64,000 nucleotides of DNA from Antedon mediterranea (GCF_964355755.1 NC_092674.1:29450001-29514000); one strand, 5' to 3'. Positions 1-14,600 are shown, counted from the stretch's first letter. The notes: generated by a model not told the origin, from the letters alone. Numbers and translations: made by a program.

Positions 1-642
1 TTTTGATTATAAAAAAAATTATTTAACACTTTTTTTAGAAGATGAAGTATGTGTAGGAATTTACCATAGGATTGTTGGAACATTAACAAAACAATTGCTT
101 ATGTTTATGTTGAACTCTATGTATGTAGTTAAAACATAAACTATTTGATTTATTTGAATCATGTTGAATGTGTTTAATGTTTTACATCTTATATTGTATA
201 CAATGCATATGATATATTGTTTTAAAAACTTATTTTTAAAAGTTGTTTAACAAACTGTTACTTAGTTCGGAAGTAGAAATAGTAGAACTTCCTTTAGGAA
301 GGATGTCAGTATTTTCTTTAGGGGTAATTTTGACACTCTTTAAGCCTCTAAATGTTCATGTCTCCACACTTTAATGGTTCCATGTTTAGCTACTTTGTGG
401 GTAAAAACTCAATATTCAGTGTTATATTGGTTGAGAAGGTTATACCTTCATTGTTCAGATTTTGTTAATTAAGTTTTGACATTAATTTGTACCACAGCAT
501 TCCTTTCTTTTGTTTTGTGGTTTGTTGTTTTGATATTTTGTGGTCAAATGACTTTCATCAAAGCATGATGCTGTACTTGAGAAGGTCAGGCACATAATAA
601 TAAAAAAAACATATAATTACAGTACAGTACTATATGTAGGTA

Positions 643-792
643 CAGTAGAAGGGACACCATTCGGACCACCTAATAAATTGTCTCCTGAAGAAGGGTTGAC
701 TGTACAGCAGTAGTGTTAAAACATATTTTTCTTCATGTTCGTTTCACAAGAAAGTGTCTCAGAGGTACCCCTGATTAAGGGTTTTTCCACTG
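643..792. mobile_element. Tc1/mariner-like MITE (family C)
   Basis: TA|CAGTAGAA...TTCCACTG|TA termini with GGGACACC-type internal motifs. Related copies at about 1988-2328, 9955-10000, 15410-15571 and 31036-31090. Confidence 0.6.
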
Positions 793-1496
793 TATAAGTG
801 TGACAGAATTTGTTATTATTCGTAGTGGTTTATTTTTTATGGATGAAAGTGTATATTCAATAACATTAAAGAAATTTTACTTGAAAAAAACTGCATTTTG
901 GCATATTGAGTATACACAAAATGCTGTATACTATTTCAACCTAACCTATTAAAACCTAAAATACTGTTTTATTGGTATTCTAATGAAAGGTTTTGACAAT
1001 GTGTGGTACAATAGGTGACCTCAACAATAGCTTAGAGTAGGAAGTATTTGAATGCAATATTCAAGCTGATGACTGTCATTTGTGTTGGCGGTTATTAACC
1101 ACATATTTTAATAAAAACAAATTCTTCAATAAACTGAAAGGTGACATCACTCAAATTGCTTTTAATTGTTTTCATTAAAAAAATATTTTTGTCTGCTAAA
1201 AATGTGGTACTTTTAAGTACAAGGAACCATTAGTCTGTTAGTATAAAATTATTTTATTTCTAGTCACTTTGTGCCATTAAAAATGCTAAAAGAAAATTCT
1301 TTAAAACTTTTCTGCAATCTGTGATTGTATGTTTTATTCAATGTGTTAAATTAACAAACTTTCTCTTAGTGCTTTTGAAGAAAAATTTGGGATTTTTACA
1401 AATTAAAGTGATATTTTATACCATTTGTAACAATATTGAATTAGGCTTAGCTACTGTAGATTTTTTTAATGGATATATATTCACCCTTCAATTTAT

Positions 1497-1634
1497 AGCT
1501 TTGTATACACTATAAACTTTAGGTGACAAAAAAATGTGATGTGCCTGTATATGGACATAATGATGTCATATCACTACCATATTTGGGCACATCACACTTT
1601 TTTGTCAAACTAGTTTGATAGTGTAGACAAAGCT
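1497..1634. mobile_element. PIF/Harbinger-like MITE family A
   Basis: TIR consensus AGCTCTGTCTACACTATCAAACT; core TGTGATGTGCCCATATATGGACATGATGATGTCATATCACTACCATATTTGGGCA. 13 copies counted in the window. Confidence 0.8.
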
Positions 1635-1987
1635 TAAAACAAAATGATCTGTTTTGATTGACACTATAACTATGAAATTAAAATTTGTACTTTGTTTAAA
1701 TAAATAAATGTCAGTGATATTTATATTATTCATAATTCATTAAGTCAGGTTTGTCACCTGAATGTTAAAATCACGTCTAAATCTTATTGATCTGCAACAG
1801 GTTTGACAACGTATTGATACGATTACCGACCAATTAATCAATAATTACCAATGATACTAGTCAGGTTTACCAGTCAGTTAAAAAAGCATAATAAACAAAA
1901 TTGAACCATAAATGCAATTCAATCAATACAATCAACATTTGACTTATTTCATTTATTTACTAGAATTATAATTTTTAATACTAAACA

Positions 1988-2328
1988 CAGTAGAATCTCT
2001 ATTAAGGGGACATATTTGGCACCCAACAGAGTGGTTCAGGAATAGGGATGTCCCCTAAATACGATCTGGCTGTTTTATTAAACATATTACCCATTGCCAT
2101 ATTCATAAGAAAGTGTGCCTTTAATAGGTGTTCTCTGGAAAAGGGTTGGCCGCAGTGTTAACAAATATATTGACCCATTTTAGTTTATTGAGAAAATGTC
2201 CCTTTAATAGAGGTGTCCAATAATAGAGGTGTCCAATTATGGGTGTGTTCAATTATGGGTGTGTCCCAGAAAAAGTGTACTCTTGACTTGATTTTCTTTC
2301 TTTTTTGGTTTGAAAATTATATCTACTG
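1988..2328. mobile_element. Tc1/mariner-like MITE (family C)
   Basis: CAGTAGAATCTCTATTAAGGGGACA...CTACTG|TA with internal repeats of AATAGAGGTGTCC. Confidence 0.6.
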
Positions 2329-2604
2329 TATAGCATATTTTTGTTATGTAATGCCTATATTTGCTTTGGTTTGAATAATATATTTTTGCTTATAAATTTA
2401 TTATTATTTGCATTCAATTTATTTTAATCAAATGTATTCTTTAATTTTCAGTCTAATGTAACATATTTTATTTTCTGGTATCTCTTTGATTATTTCTAAT
2501 AATTTAATAACTTTTTGGTTTTTTTTTTCATTACATAAGATAATTCTGTAACTTCATATTATGTTATGTTTTGTTTGCATGCCATTTTGTTTTTCATTTT
2601 CCAG

Positions 2605-5600
2605 ACCAGGTACCGTTCTAATACCCTCCCTAAAAGTTTTGGGAGCCAATTTAAGGAACCGCCCCCAACCGCTCCAAAACCAGCCACAAGACTTGCGCGC
2701 CGAATCCAAGCTCATAAAAAGTCTCCTGAGGAGTCAGAGCGATCGACTCCTCCGATCCGCGACAGGCCGAGTGTCATTGGCCTTTTTGACGAACCTGACG
2801 ACGTTAGTATTTATATTTATCCGCTTTCTGGATTTTTTTTCTGGTTGAAAATTGCACGGTTCTTAGCTTTTGGTATTCTATTCTTTCTACTTTAAATCAT
2901 TTTCATTTCTCAATTATCATTTTATCATGCTTAATTTATTTTCATTATTCGGCCACGTTTTGATTTATTTATTAACAAAACAAACGTTCTATTAATATCT
3001 CATATTCTGATTAATTTGGTTAACTTTGCTTTATTTTTACACAAAAGCTAGCAGCACCATTAAAAAAGAGAATTTATCATCGACAAAATAATTATTCATT
3101 GATTAATAAATATATAATATTTAGCTTTCTTTCATGCAGCTAGTAAACTGGGATCTTTGTTGTCTTTGGAAATGAAATGATTCTACCGATGTTACGCAAA
3201 TTATTTGATTGAGCCATATAGCAATTGTCAAAGTCATCATAATTCAATAAATTCTCTGCAATTTAATTCTGTAAACTCTAAATTCTAAACACCAATATGA
3301 GTCTGTTAGCAAGTTCTGACCAGCATTTATTTTATCAAACAATAATACGTTAATTGAAATAATAATATATGGTATTCAAATAACAGAGCACAATTCAAAT
3401 TTAAAATATTAAAATTGAACCTTTTAAAGTACTTTCAAATGGCTTCATCCTGATGTAGAGTGACCTAAAAAGCAGCCTTGAATATTTAGAATATGCAATA
3501 TTATTGCCATTTAAGACATGTTTTATCTCTATGCTGTTGGGAAATATGTTCTGAAGATTCCTGAAAGATCACCTTCACATTTATCTGTCTAATATCATCT
3601 AATTTTTTACCATTTCTTCTAACTTCTGGACTACCTAGAGTAATAAACTTGCTTCTAAATTTGTCTAAAAATAGAAATTTTGAATATTATTTGTGAAAGG
3701 AAAGAGGATGGTAAACAAAGCCATGTTAAACTAAATCTTATATAAGGGCTTATACTGATCGTGGTACTGAGACAATGCCAGATACGAACCCAGGACTTAA
3801 TTGTGTGCATGTTAACCACCAATAAGTTACTGTACACTACCAATGCACCTCTCCAAGCTTTGTCATTTTATGCAGGCCTTGTCTTTTGAAAATTCTATGT
3901 GTGCAACAAATTGCACTTCTCAACACATTCAGGGAGGAGGGTGTATGTGTGTTGTTTGTATCTTGGTGTGTAAAAGATTACCAAATTTGAATGTGCTGTA
4001 AGTCTCACTCCTCAGGGGCATTTTAGGAGTGTGTTAGGTGAGTGCTCCCAAGCCTCAAAAGACAAGGTCTGCTCATGTTTAACATCTGTATTTTCTTGAC
4101 GCCCGTTTATGAGAGATGTAGACTGTATTACAGTAGAAATTACCTGGTGGTAGGGTTAATTAACTCCAAAAAACAGCATGGTAGTAACAACATGTAAATT
4201 GTTCTCCTTTGTAAAATCATCAAAACTGCAAATATCATTATTTTTTCATTTCATTCTGCACATCTAGATTTCATTTGTTTAAAAAAAAAGTCAAAAAATT
4301 GTGGAATTTCTTTATAATTAATAGATAATTGAACATTTGGAAATTAAATGACTACTTGTAGGACTACCAAATGATGGGGTAAATATTTAAAATTTTAATT
4401 TCAGGTGGGCAAACCAAGGCCACAATTAGTGAAAGAACCGGCAATTCAACAAGAACACAGTATTATGGAGAAATCTAATCCACATGATTTTCGTGGAAAT
4501 TTTAATAGTAAACTTGTAAGTGCTCGTGAGCGAGAGCAAAAAGAAAACAGTAAAAACTCAACAGCATGGCAGCCGGAAAAACGACGTGTTAGCCTGGGAA
4601 TTAAGAGCCGTATGGCTGCTTATAGTCAGAGCCTAGACCTAGATTCGCAAATCCCAAAGAAACCTGAACCAAAGAAAGATGAGGAGGTAAGCAAATAACC
4701 AATAATTTAAAATAATAACATTTTAAATGCCTTTTCATTCCTCCAATAGTAGTACTGCAGTTTGATGATAATCAATGGATTCATAGTGCATTATTAATGT
4801 GTACAACTTTGTCTACACTCTCAAACTAATTTGACAAATCTGATGTGCCCAAAGTGATATGCTCAAATCGGAAATACCTCCCTGCTCAAATATGGTAGTG
4901 CTATGACATCATCATGTCCATATATGGGCACATCACATTTTGTTGTTGCATAAATTTTGATAGTGCGGACAAAGCTTTAGGTGGTACCTACAGTAGTGTA
5001 AATTTAATACCCAACCTCTCCATTTGACCAGATCTCTTACTTTATTGAGACAAACAGAATGAATCGATCTATTTAATTTGATTGCTTGATCTAATTAGCA
5101 TGAACTCATTTGTAATCATTATCATCTAACCTATCAACTTAGTTTGAAGTGTTCTAACATTGTTGCTCAATTTGTCACAAAACAACACATGTATGCAAAT
5201 TAACATTTGCACTCCCTGCAATAGTAAACACACCAATAGATACTTACGTGCAAAGAAACAACTATTAATTTTGTATCTATATTTTTGTTATTTATTCATG
5301 TACACACAAAAGCAAAATAAAACAGTGTAAATGTATTCATCCAGACATGAGAGTGGCATGCACAATAAACAACACATAAAACACTTTTTTTTTTAAATTG
5401 TCTATCTTGAGAGGATAAATTTACAAAATCAAACCAAAATCATAAAATATATAATGTAGCATTTTTATGAGGTTAATGTTTTAGTTTTTATAACATATTG
5501 AAGGATTTTATTGAAACAATCCTAATAGGGTACTTAACACAATAAAAGTGTTATTCACCTCTGATCAAATACTGTACTTACTACAAATAATCTGGAAAAA

Positions 5601-8600
5601 ATATGACATTGAAAACAAATTATGTCTTTATGTTTAGCAAAGTACACTAAACCAAATAAAAATGTGCTGTCACAAATTTGGTGTATTGTTCAGTTGATGT
5701 CCTACCACCTCAATGTTTGTGAGGACATGTGGCACAGTGTTGGACGTTTGATTACTGATTATTCAAATCCAACTCTCGCCTCATTGCTTGTATCCTTAGG
5801 CAAGACACTTTACTTACATTTGCCGGTTCACCCAGGTGTATGAAATGGGTACCCGGTTAGATCAAGACACAACTTTGCGCTGATTACTAGCTGCATTATT
5901 ATGGCAGTATGTTTCCATACGTGTTTGATCCAAAAAAAAATGGCCTGTGTAATAATGTGCAGTGCATTGAGACTGAGAGCTTGCTTATATGCGCTATATA
6001 AGAATGAACTATTATTATTCTATTCCACCAGCCAACATTAAATTAAGTCAATCACTTTCCCAGAACCACCAATATTTCATTCCTTTCATTCTTTTTTCAC
6101 ATTCCATACCCTTTTCCCTAATCATGAAAAAGCACAGCTTTGATCAACTTTTTTTTTTGATGCAAAATAAAATTCAGTACAATCTGCAAATCATTCTTTC
6201 TCAAGTTCATGCAATTTAGTTCATAAAATTTCTTGTTTCTTTCCCACAATTCTTTTTCCACCAAACCTTTTCAGTCAAAAACCGAACCAGAAGTAAGTAT
6301 GAGAGGTCTTTTGTTATACGAGCATTTATTGTGGTTTTTGTATTGTTCGTCTGCATTCCTATCTGTTCATCCATAGCTTTGTGTAAACATCAAGGGTTTT
6401 AGGCTTATTCTGTCAGGGATTCTTTTTGTATCAATTTTGTATTTTTTTCGGTTGTTGACATATTTGGTTCACGTTTTTTATAATCTTATTTCTACATGAT
6501 CTAATACTATGCAAACATGGTTAGCATTGCGATAATCACTTAGGATCGGCTGCGATTTAGTCAGTTCTGGTTGCGATGTAATCAGAATCGAGCGCAAATT
6601 AAACTATACACATGCATTAATGCATTTTAGTTTACAATTTTTGATATACATTATGTTATGTTAACGTAATTCCATTTATCTACAATATTATAATTCAGCA
6701 TAATATTTTGCTTTTTTTATACTTTGCTCTTCTTTTACAATGCTGTGTAAACAAATCGCAATCGCCAGATTGAATATTGTGTTTTTATTAATAATTTATT
6801 ACACTTTACACTTACAGTTATATTATTAGTTTTCTTCTGCTATCTAATTATATGCTTTTATATATATAGTAATTGTTTATTAGTTTTTATGATTTTCAAA
6901 ATAATACCACTATTTTATGTCTTTTTGCCGTACGCAATTGTATTAATTTGACATTACAGTACAGTTGTATGTGTATATGTTTTAAATTTTGTTCTCTATA
7001 TTTTTGTATGTACCGTATTATGTTATGTTTATTTATTGTAAGCTATAATGTTTGGTTTTCACTAGTGACGCAACATAAGGATGTAACGCAACTTAAGTGA
7101 TGTGACCAATCACTGGTGATGGATTATTCAAACTGTCACTTGCCATTGGTCAAATTGTTGCGCTTACGTCGTAGCGTTGCCTCCTAGTGGGAACCAAGCT
7201 ATAAGTAACTCAGGTGTTACATGATTATATATTGTATTGATATTATATTGCATATTTTGGTGCCATATTATCTATTGTCAATGTCACACCATTTTTATAA
7301 TTTCATTTCACAGGGGATGGTCACTAAATAGTTGATTGGTTCATAATCAATTCTGATACTGATTCACTATCATGTTATCATTATCAATTCTGATACTGAT
7401 TCACTATCATGTTATCATTATCAATTCTGATACTGATTCACTATCATGTTATCATTATCACTTCAATCATTTTTTTAATCTCATAGGTCTACTAAATATT
7501 TTTCATTATTCAATATTTTTCTACCCCATCCACACTATTTTATTGGTATCTAATATTGGTACACTGTATATTACTGACCTCTAACCTTTGACTAACTATC
7601 CCGCTTTCTATTCACCTACTCATCTATAGAGGGAGCCTATCTGGTTTCGTCTTTTTGTAAGTATTGCTGTTTGCTATTAATCCTGCACATTTGATACTTT
7701 TAACTTTATTTTTGGACGTACTATGAACAATTATAAATTTACATTTTATTTTAAATTTTGATTATATAACTTTCACACATCTGGTACATGTTTGTTTATT
7801 ATTTGCCACAATGTGCATATTTGGTTATTTGATCAGAACTATTATTTGAATTTCAATATTTATTTTATCAATATTTCTGCGAATGAATTATTTGCATTTT
7901 GATATACAATTATTTTATTTGGAAAGTTATTCTAAGAAATTTAACGATCATACATATTTTAATTTCAAGCTTGCTTTAAATGCATAATAACTGTAATATT
8001 CATATTAAATATTAATTATTTGTACAAATAATATGCTTATTAACATAATGTATTCACAATTTTGTGTTTTTATAATTATTTAAATAACACAATAATAAAA
8101 CAGATTTAACAGTTAACAGTTTTTTTAGAATCTAAACTATCTAACAGACAGCACAGGGAACGTTTTCTGAGATGTTAGGCCTATGGAAAATGTTTAACAA
8201 TAAATATTTCACGCAAGATTAATCTTATTAATAATTAACTTTAACTTTCAAGTTCATTACAAGACGACAATAAGCATCGTCTCTATTCTTGTCTTTTTAT
8301 CTTAAATTTGATTTATTATTTTCATGATGTTTATTAATGTCACAGGCAAAAAATCGACCTTTCGTTGAGAAGTCTATCGCGATGAACCAACGGCCCTGTA
8401 ACGAGAAGGGATTTGGATTCTCATTTAGTGGTGGGTCAGAGGTCAAGAAGCCACCGACGATTGATAAGATTAGGAAAGGTATGTTATAATGTCTGTGAGA
8501 CTGACTTGATGTCATTTCATATAGTTTTTACTGTATTAGTCAACCCTCTTATTTATACTCTTTTAAAAACCTATTTTACGGTTTTCAATTTCCAAAATTT

Positions 8601-11600
8601 GTTTTTAAAAATGGTTATATTTTTTTTTTTTAATAATCATCTTTGAGTATCACCCGTGCTTCATTACAAAAGAATTTTGATATTAAAGGGTCCAAATACA
8701 TATAAAAACAATTTAAAAACATGACAAATCAAAAGAGTGCTAAACATTATTTACAATAGTTTAATTAAGTCTATTAAAGCTATGGAAATACAGCTTCGGG
8801 GATCATTCAGAGATATTTTTGTAAAAAAATAAGTTTAGTTGCAAAAGTAATACAATAGGCGTGAGGCCTTGAAATAAAATAATTATGAGAATCAAGTATT
8901 GATAATATAGTTTTCCACAGTACTTCTCATTTACATACTGCGTTCATACCAAGGGGTATGTAAATAGGAAGGTCACTCTCATTTACATACTGCGTTCATA
9001 CCAAGGGGTATGTAAATAGGAAGGTCACTCTCATTTACATACTGCGTTCATACCAAGGGGTATGTAAATAGGAAGGTCACTCTCATTTACATACTGCGTT
9101 CATACCAAGGGGTATGTAAATAGGAAGGTCACTCTCATTTACATACTGCGTTCATACCAAGGGGTATGTAAATAGGAAGGTCAAATCGTCTGCTCACTAC
9201 ATTCACTCTAATATAGTTTTCCTCAGTACCTCTCATTTACATACTGCGTTCATACCAAGGGGTATGTAAATAGGAAGGTCAAATCGTCTGCTCACTACAT
9301 TCACTCTAATATAGTTTTCCTCAGTACTTCTCATTTACATACTGCGTTCATACCAAGGGGTATGTAAATAGGAAGGTCAAATCGTCTGCTCACTACATTC
9401 ACTCTAATATCTTAGGTTCAACAGCGGCAAGCGTAGATGTTCAACCTGGTGATGTCATCGTATCAGTGAATGGAGACAAAGTACTAAGTGCCTCTTATGA
9501 AGAGATAGAGTACAGTATTAGTCATGCTGTACTCATTGGTAGAATGACTCTGAAAATAAGAAGATATGATGAAGGAGGTACGTTTATTTCTTGTTTGATT
9601 TCAGTTTTTGTTTTTATTTATTATATTCAGTCTTGAAAAAGTAAATATAAATAAGTAAATGTAAAGAAGGAATAGATTAAAATTTATATCATACTTCAGG
9701 ACCCAACAAAGGGGTTGTTATTAGTGTTTTTTGTGGGCCTCCTATCAACAGCCCCTTGGATTTCCTGGAGGTCCGTTTCTTCTTCTTTTAATTTGCTTTA
9801 CTCCTTTTTGCTGTGTGTGTTGTTTTGTTTATGAGATGAATAAAAGAGATTGAATTGGTATTAATTAGTATTAATTGGTATTAATTGGTATTAATTGGTA
9901 TTAATTAGTATTAATTGGTATTAATTAGTATATATTGCCATTCGTTCATTTCATAGAAAGTCCTCTGAATAGTGGTGTCCCAATAGAGGGGCTTTTACTG
10001 TATTTTAATTCTTTTTAAATGTATATTTGTTGCGAACAAAATCTGGAGTTATAATCTGTTAAAAGCAATCCAATTGAGAATGAATAAATAAATAAATAGC
10101 TCAACAATAGCTTTTATTGTAGTAAAAATTAACTTTGCAATACTAATACTTTATTTTAATCAGATTATTTAAAGTAAACCATGATTTGAGATAAGAGTGG
10201 GTAAACTAATTCCTTACAACAGTATTAGAAAAACAAGAATTAGATAGCTCCATGGGTTTACCGATTCCTTACAATCTATAGTGTAACTAAAGTAATTTGT
10301 GAACTTCTTTGAATAGCTCTGTTGAAGTGTATCCCAAGTACTGCAATATAACTGATTTAATCTTGATGTTAGTGTCAAGTAACATGCACTTGTTATCTTA
10401 TTGACGACAGATTCAGGAAGTGTACCACTCGACGATAATCCATTCAAGTCTATGTTATCAGATGAAGCAATCTCACCGCCATCATCGTCAATGGGAATGA
10501 AACGCTCTAAAGACCAGTAAGTTTACCCACCTTGTGTCATAGTCGCAACCTTCTCCTGACCTCTCTATATGTTTCATTTTATTTAATTGTTTAAAGTCAT
10601 TATGTAACTTTTAAAGAAAATTAAAAAAAATGTGTATTTTTTAACAATTGTAGCAGAATGTAGCTTGTATTGTTTATCTGGAGTTGGAGAGACACGCCCT
10701 TTGGCGATAGTTGTCTTTGACACCTCTTATCTCTCCTCAATGCTCCATTTTATGTTTCACTGAAAAGAATAAATAAATAAACAGAATAAATAATCATATA
10801 GACATCAAATGTACAACGTTAAAAAAAATTCCTACAAAACAATTTAATTAACCCAATATTATAATAATATAAACACATAATTTACAGAAAATACCAAAGT
10901 AGATATTTTAAAATTGATATTTAATCGTTATTAATTAAGCAAAAACGTTGTTTTTAAAGTACAATATAATAGCATTCAATCACTCACCAGTAATATTTAT
11001 TATTGCAAAGAGCTAATGTTTCAGCCATCTGGCATTTACTAAAAACATTGCATATTTTCAATTGGTTTGTTTTGGTTACAGTTGCGTTTTGTTTATCATT
11101 TCACCATTACAGCCTAGCCTACTATAAATAGTTAACAACCCTTTAAAAGAATGCTAAGGAAATCAAATACCTACTTCTCTTTAGTCTCCTGCTTTTTACT
11201 TAAGCAGTTAAAACTTTGGTTAAAAGCTATAAACATGTTATTTCATAGTAACCCTGAAGAGTAATAATAATACAAAACCAGATGTTCTTGAGTTCTGTCT
11301 ATACTATCACACTTTATGTTTTAAAAAAATGTGATGTGCCCATATATGGACATGATGATGTCATATTACTACCATATTTGGGCATATCACACTTTTTGTC
11401 AAACTAGTTTGATAGTGTAGACAGGACTTTAGGCCTAGGCTACAGTGTACGTTATTTCTTTTCAGAAAATTAAATTTTCAAAATGGATTTTAAGAATTTG
11501 TAGATCTGCAGTTTTTGGAAAGTTTACCATTTTCTGCATATAGAATGTTATGTTTTTATTGAAATATAATTTACTTTTGTCCACTTTTTTTAAAGGAATC

Positions 11601-14600
11601 CAATTTCTTTACCTTTTGTTTTTAAATAGAAAAATAAACAATTATGAGCAACCAGTACGAGATGTACCGATGCAAAAACCAGCGAAAGCACCCGTAGAAA
11701 TACCAAAGAACCGAAACCACACAGAACATCGGGGGAACTACCCATCAGCAAACGTGAATCATAGCAACCACCACAACGATTCTGTACCGGATGGAATGGT
11801 TGTAGAAGAACCTATGATCCAGATGGAGAAGAAAGCGGTTAAGACCTTTGCCAGCCCTGATGTCTTTAGACCCATCATGGAAGATACCTGCCAACAACAT
11901 GTCATTGTAAGTTGTGTGTTTTTTCATTCAATATTTTACTCAAAGATTCCTGATTTATTTGATTGATTGATTGATTAACAACAGAAGAAGATTAAAATAA
12001 TATAACAATTTAAAAAAGAAATCTTTTGCTGTCAACTAATTATTATTAAGTAAGTTCTTGTTTTGTAAATATTGCAATAACTGCAAGTTTGTATGGTGTA
12101 TCTGTTGCGTTGTAGTTTGTGATTTGTTTGTTTTTTATGATGCGGTTTATTGTTTAATGCACTAACCTATAGGTAATTTTATACACAAGTAATTCAAATG
12201 CTGTTTTTATGTAATAACTACAATGTTCAATTGTTGTTCACATTAAGATCTGATCATGATGAACTTATTCATGATGAACTAGAAGCATTGGTTAGTCTTG
12301 AGTTTAAACCATGTCAGTGCTGTGTTTAATTTAAAAGACCTTTTATAGTTTTGTTTAACTTGTCTTGAATGTGTTAATGTTGCTTGCTGTTTTTTGTTTG
12401 CTCCACTAGCCTAAGGATGAGGGCGCTCCAGGCTTAGATGAGCTGTTCAATAAGGTGAGAATGTCGCTATGCTTGCCTAAAATGCTATAGAAAAATATTA
12501 GATATTTTTATGATCATTTAGTAAACTTTAGGGGGCAGTATTGCATGGCAGTTAATTTTATAGTTCAAACCGTTTTTTATTCATCAAAATTAAAATTAGA
12601 AAAGAAATTTAAAAAAAAACAAATGCATTCTGAATTCATTTAGGTAGAAATTAAAGGCAAAAATTAAATTTTATAGTTGAAATTTCTTAGACAATAGAAA
12701 CGAATATTCTCACATTTGTTGTATTTTATGTTGTAAATGTTTATTTTTCTGTCCGTTGCATGACGCTCTTTCTAAATGTAATCTGTGTCTGTCGTTAAAC
12801 ATTTGCATGCTTCTTTTCTTCTCAGTTAGACAAAATTAGAATCGAAAAGTTAAAGGTATCGTATAAAATAAATCAAAAGGCTTTTAAAAATCATGTATTC
12901 ATTATAAATCTGCACACAGGATTTATTACAGTAGTTGAATCACTGCTAATTAGCATAATTAGTGGCTTCATTTACATATCAACATGCACCGTTAGAAAAA
13001 AATATATATCACTGAAATTGTTTATTTATGCAGAGATCTTGGTAATTGTAGGCTTAAACAAAATGATTAATTTATTGTTGATTAAAATGTTTATTTTCTT
13101 TAATATTAATTATAAATACCAACTTTAATTTATTTGCTTTGAAATAAAGTAACAATATGAATATTTTTAATAGAAATATCTAACATTTATTTCATCACTT
13201 TCATAGAATTATCATATTTATATCCAGAATTTTGAAGTTTTTCCTTTCCATTTTATATTGCTTTTAATATATTGACAAATATTCGAATATATATTTATAA
13301 AATGTGTCTAGTGCATGTATACCGGTAATACAATTTAATATTCAGTTTTTATTTGATAAAAAAAAGTATATAGCTTGGTTAAAATAAAATTATTGTATAA
13401 ATGCATTGAGTGCTGCCCTCTTCAGCCATGTTAGAACAAAGCTCTGTCTACTAGTTTGACCAAAAAAAAGTGTGATGTGCCCAAATATGGTAGTGATATG
13501 TTTAAATATGGTAGCGATATAACATCATCATGTCCTTATGAGCGAGTGAGTGGCCGAACGGTTAAGACAGTGGAACCGTAATTACATAGCCATAACATCG
13601 GCAAGGGTTCGAGGCTCACTCGCTCCATGGTTCTGGTGGTAGAACGAGTCTTCTCGGATAAGGACTATAAACCGTAGGTCCAGTGTACACATAGCTCATG
13701 CGCACTTTAAAGGACCTAGTACATCTTTCGAGACGAGTAGGGGGTTACCCCGGTGTACTAGTCCACACAAACACAGCCACTGTCACACACAGCCACTGTG
13801 CAAATTGGGACTGGACCGTTTTAGAGGTGTTTACCACCTGTTGGTCCAGATCCTTCACTAACTGAGTTAGTGAGAAGTCGAATAAATTAAAAAAATTATA
13901 TGGGCATGTCACATTTTTCACATAAAGTTTAATAGTATAGACAGAGCTTAACTCACACAGGATTTGAACCTATTACCATGGAATTGTTCATCTACCATTA
14001 AGCTATTCAACTTAACAAGCAAATGATTCAACAGTTTATAATATGCTCTGTCCTATTTGGGAAGAATCTCACTTCTTCCCATGCCCTATGTTAGAACCTA
14101 CCTTTTATTACAATAAATCAATGTTATACTACCAGTGCATACTATACTCTACAAATATTAAACCAACATTACACACAGTTCTTTATTCATCTCAGATGAT
14201 TTTCTGCTACTCAATATAAGTATCATCTACATCTTACTTAATTATCAATTTAGTCTGCTGTTAAGTACCAACTTGATTGATAAATTCATCTTCAATATAA
14301 ATAGAAACATCATTATTAGTAGCTTTTGGTGATCTTATCTTTAGATTTAGCATCAGCACTATCTTGTTTATTGGATTACTATAATAGTTGGGTGGTGTAG
14401 TACAGTATACAAGATCTTCACAGTTTACTTGCTTGTGTATTTTTTCTTAGTGTTATATGTGGTTCATAAATGATTATTACAGTAGTGAAAAAATATGAAT
14501 ACAAATTGTTTTGAATAATAATAATAATAACAACTTTATTTAAAAACGGATGCAACACTTGAATCACCATATTGGTGTTTTTCACAAGGCCGTTACTTAC

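Noticed and set aside
8905-9410. Regular palindrome-containing repeats resembling a CRISPR array (also 40047-40510)
   Set aside because: Units are contiguous with no unique spacers, there are no cas genes, and the context is a eukaryotic intron. These are minisatellites.
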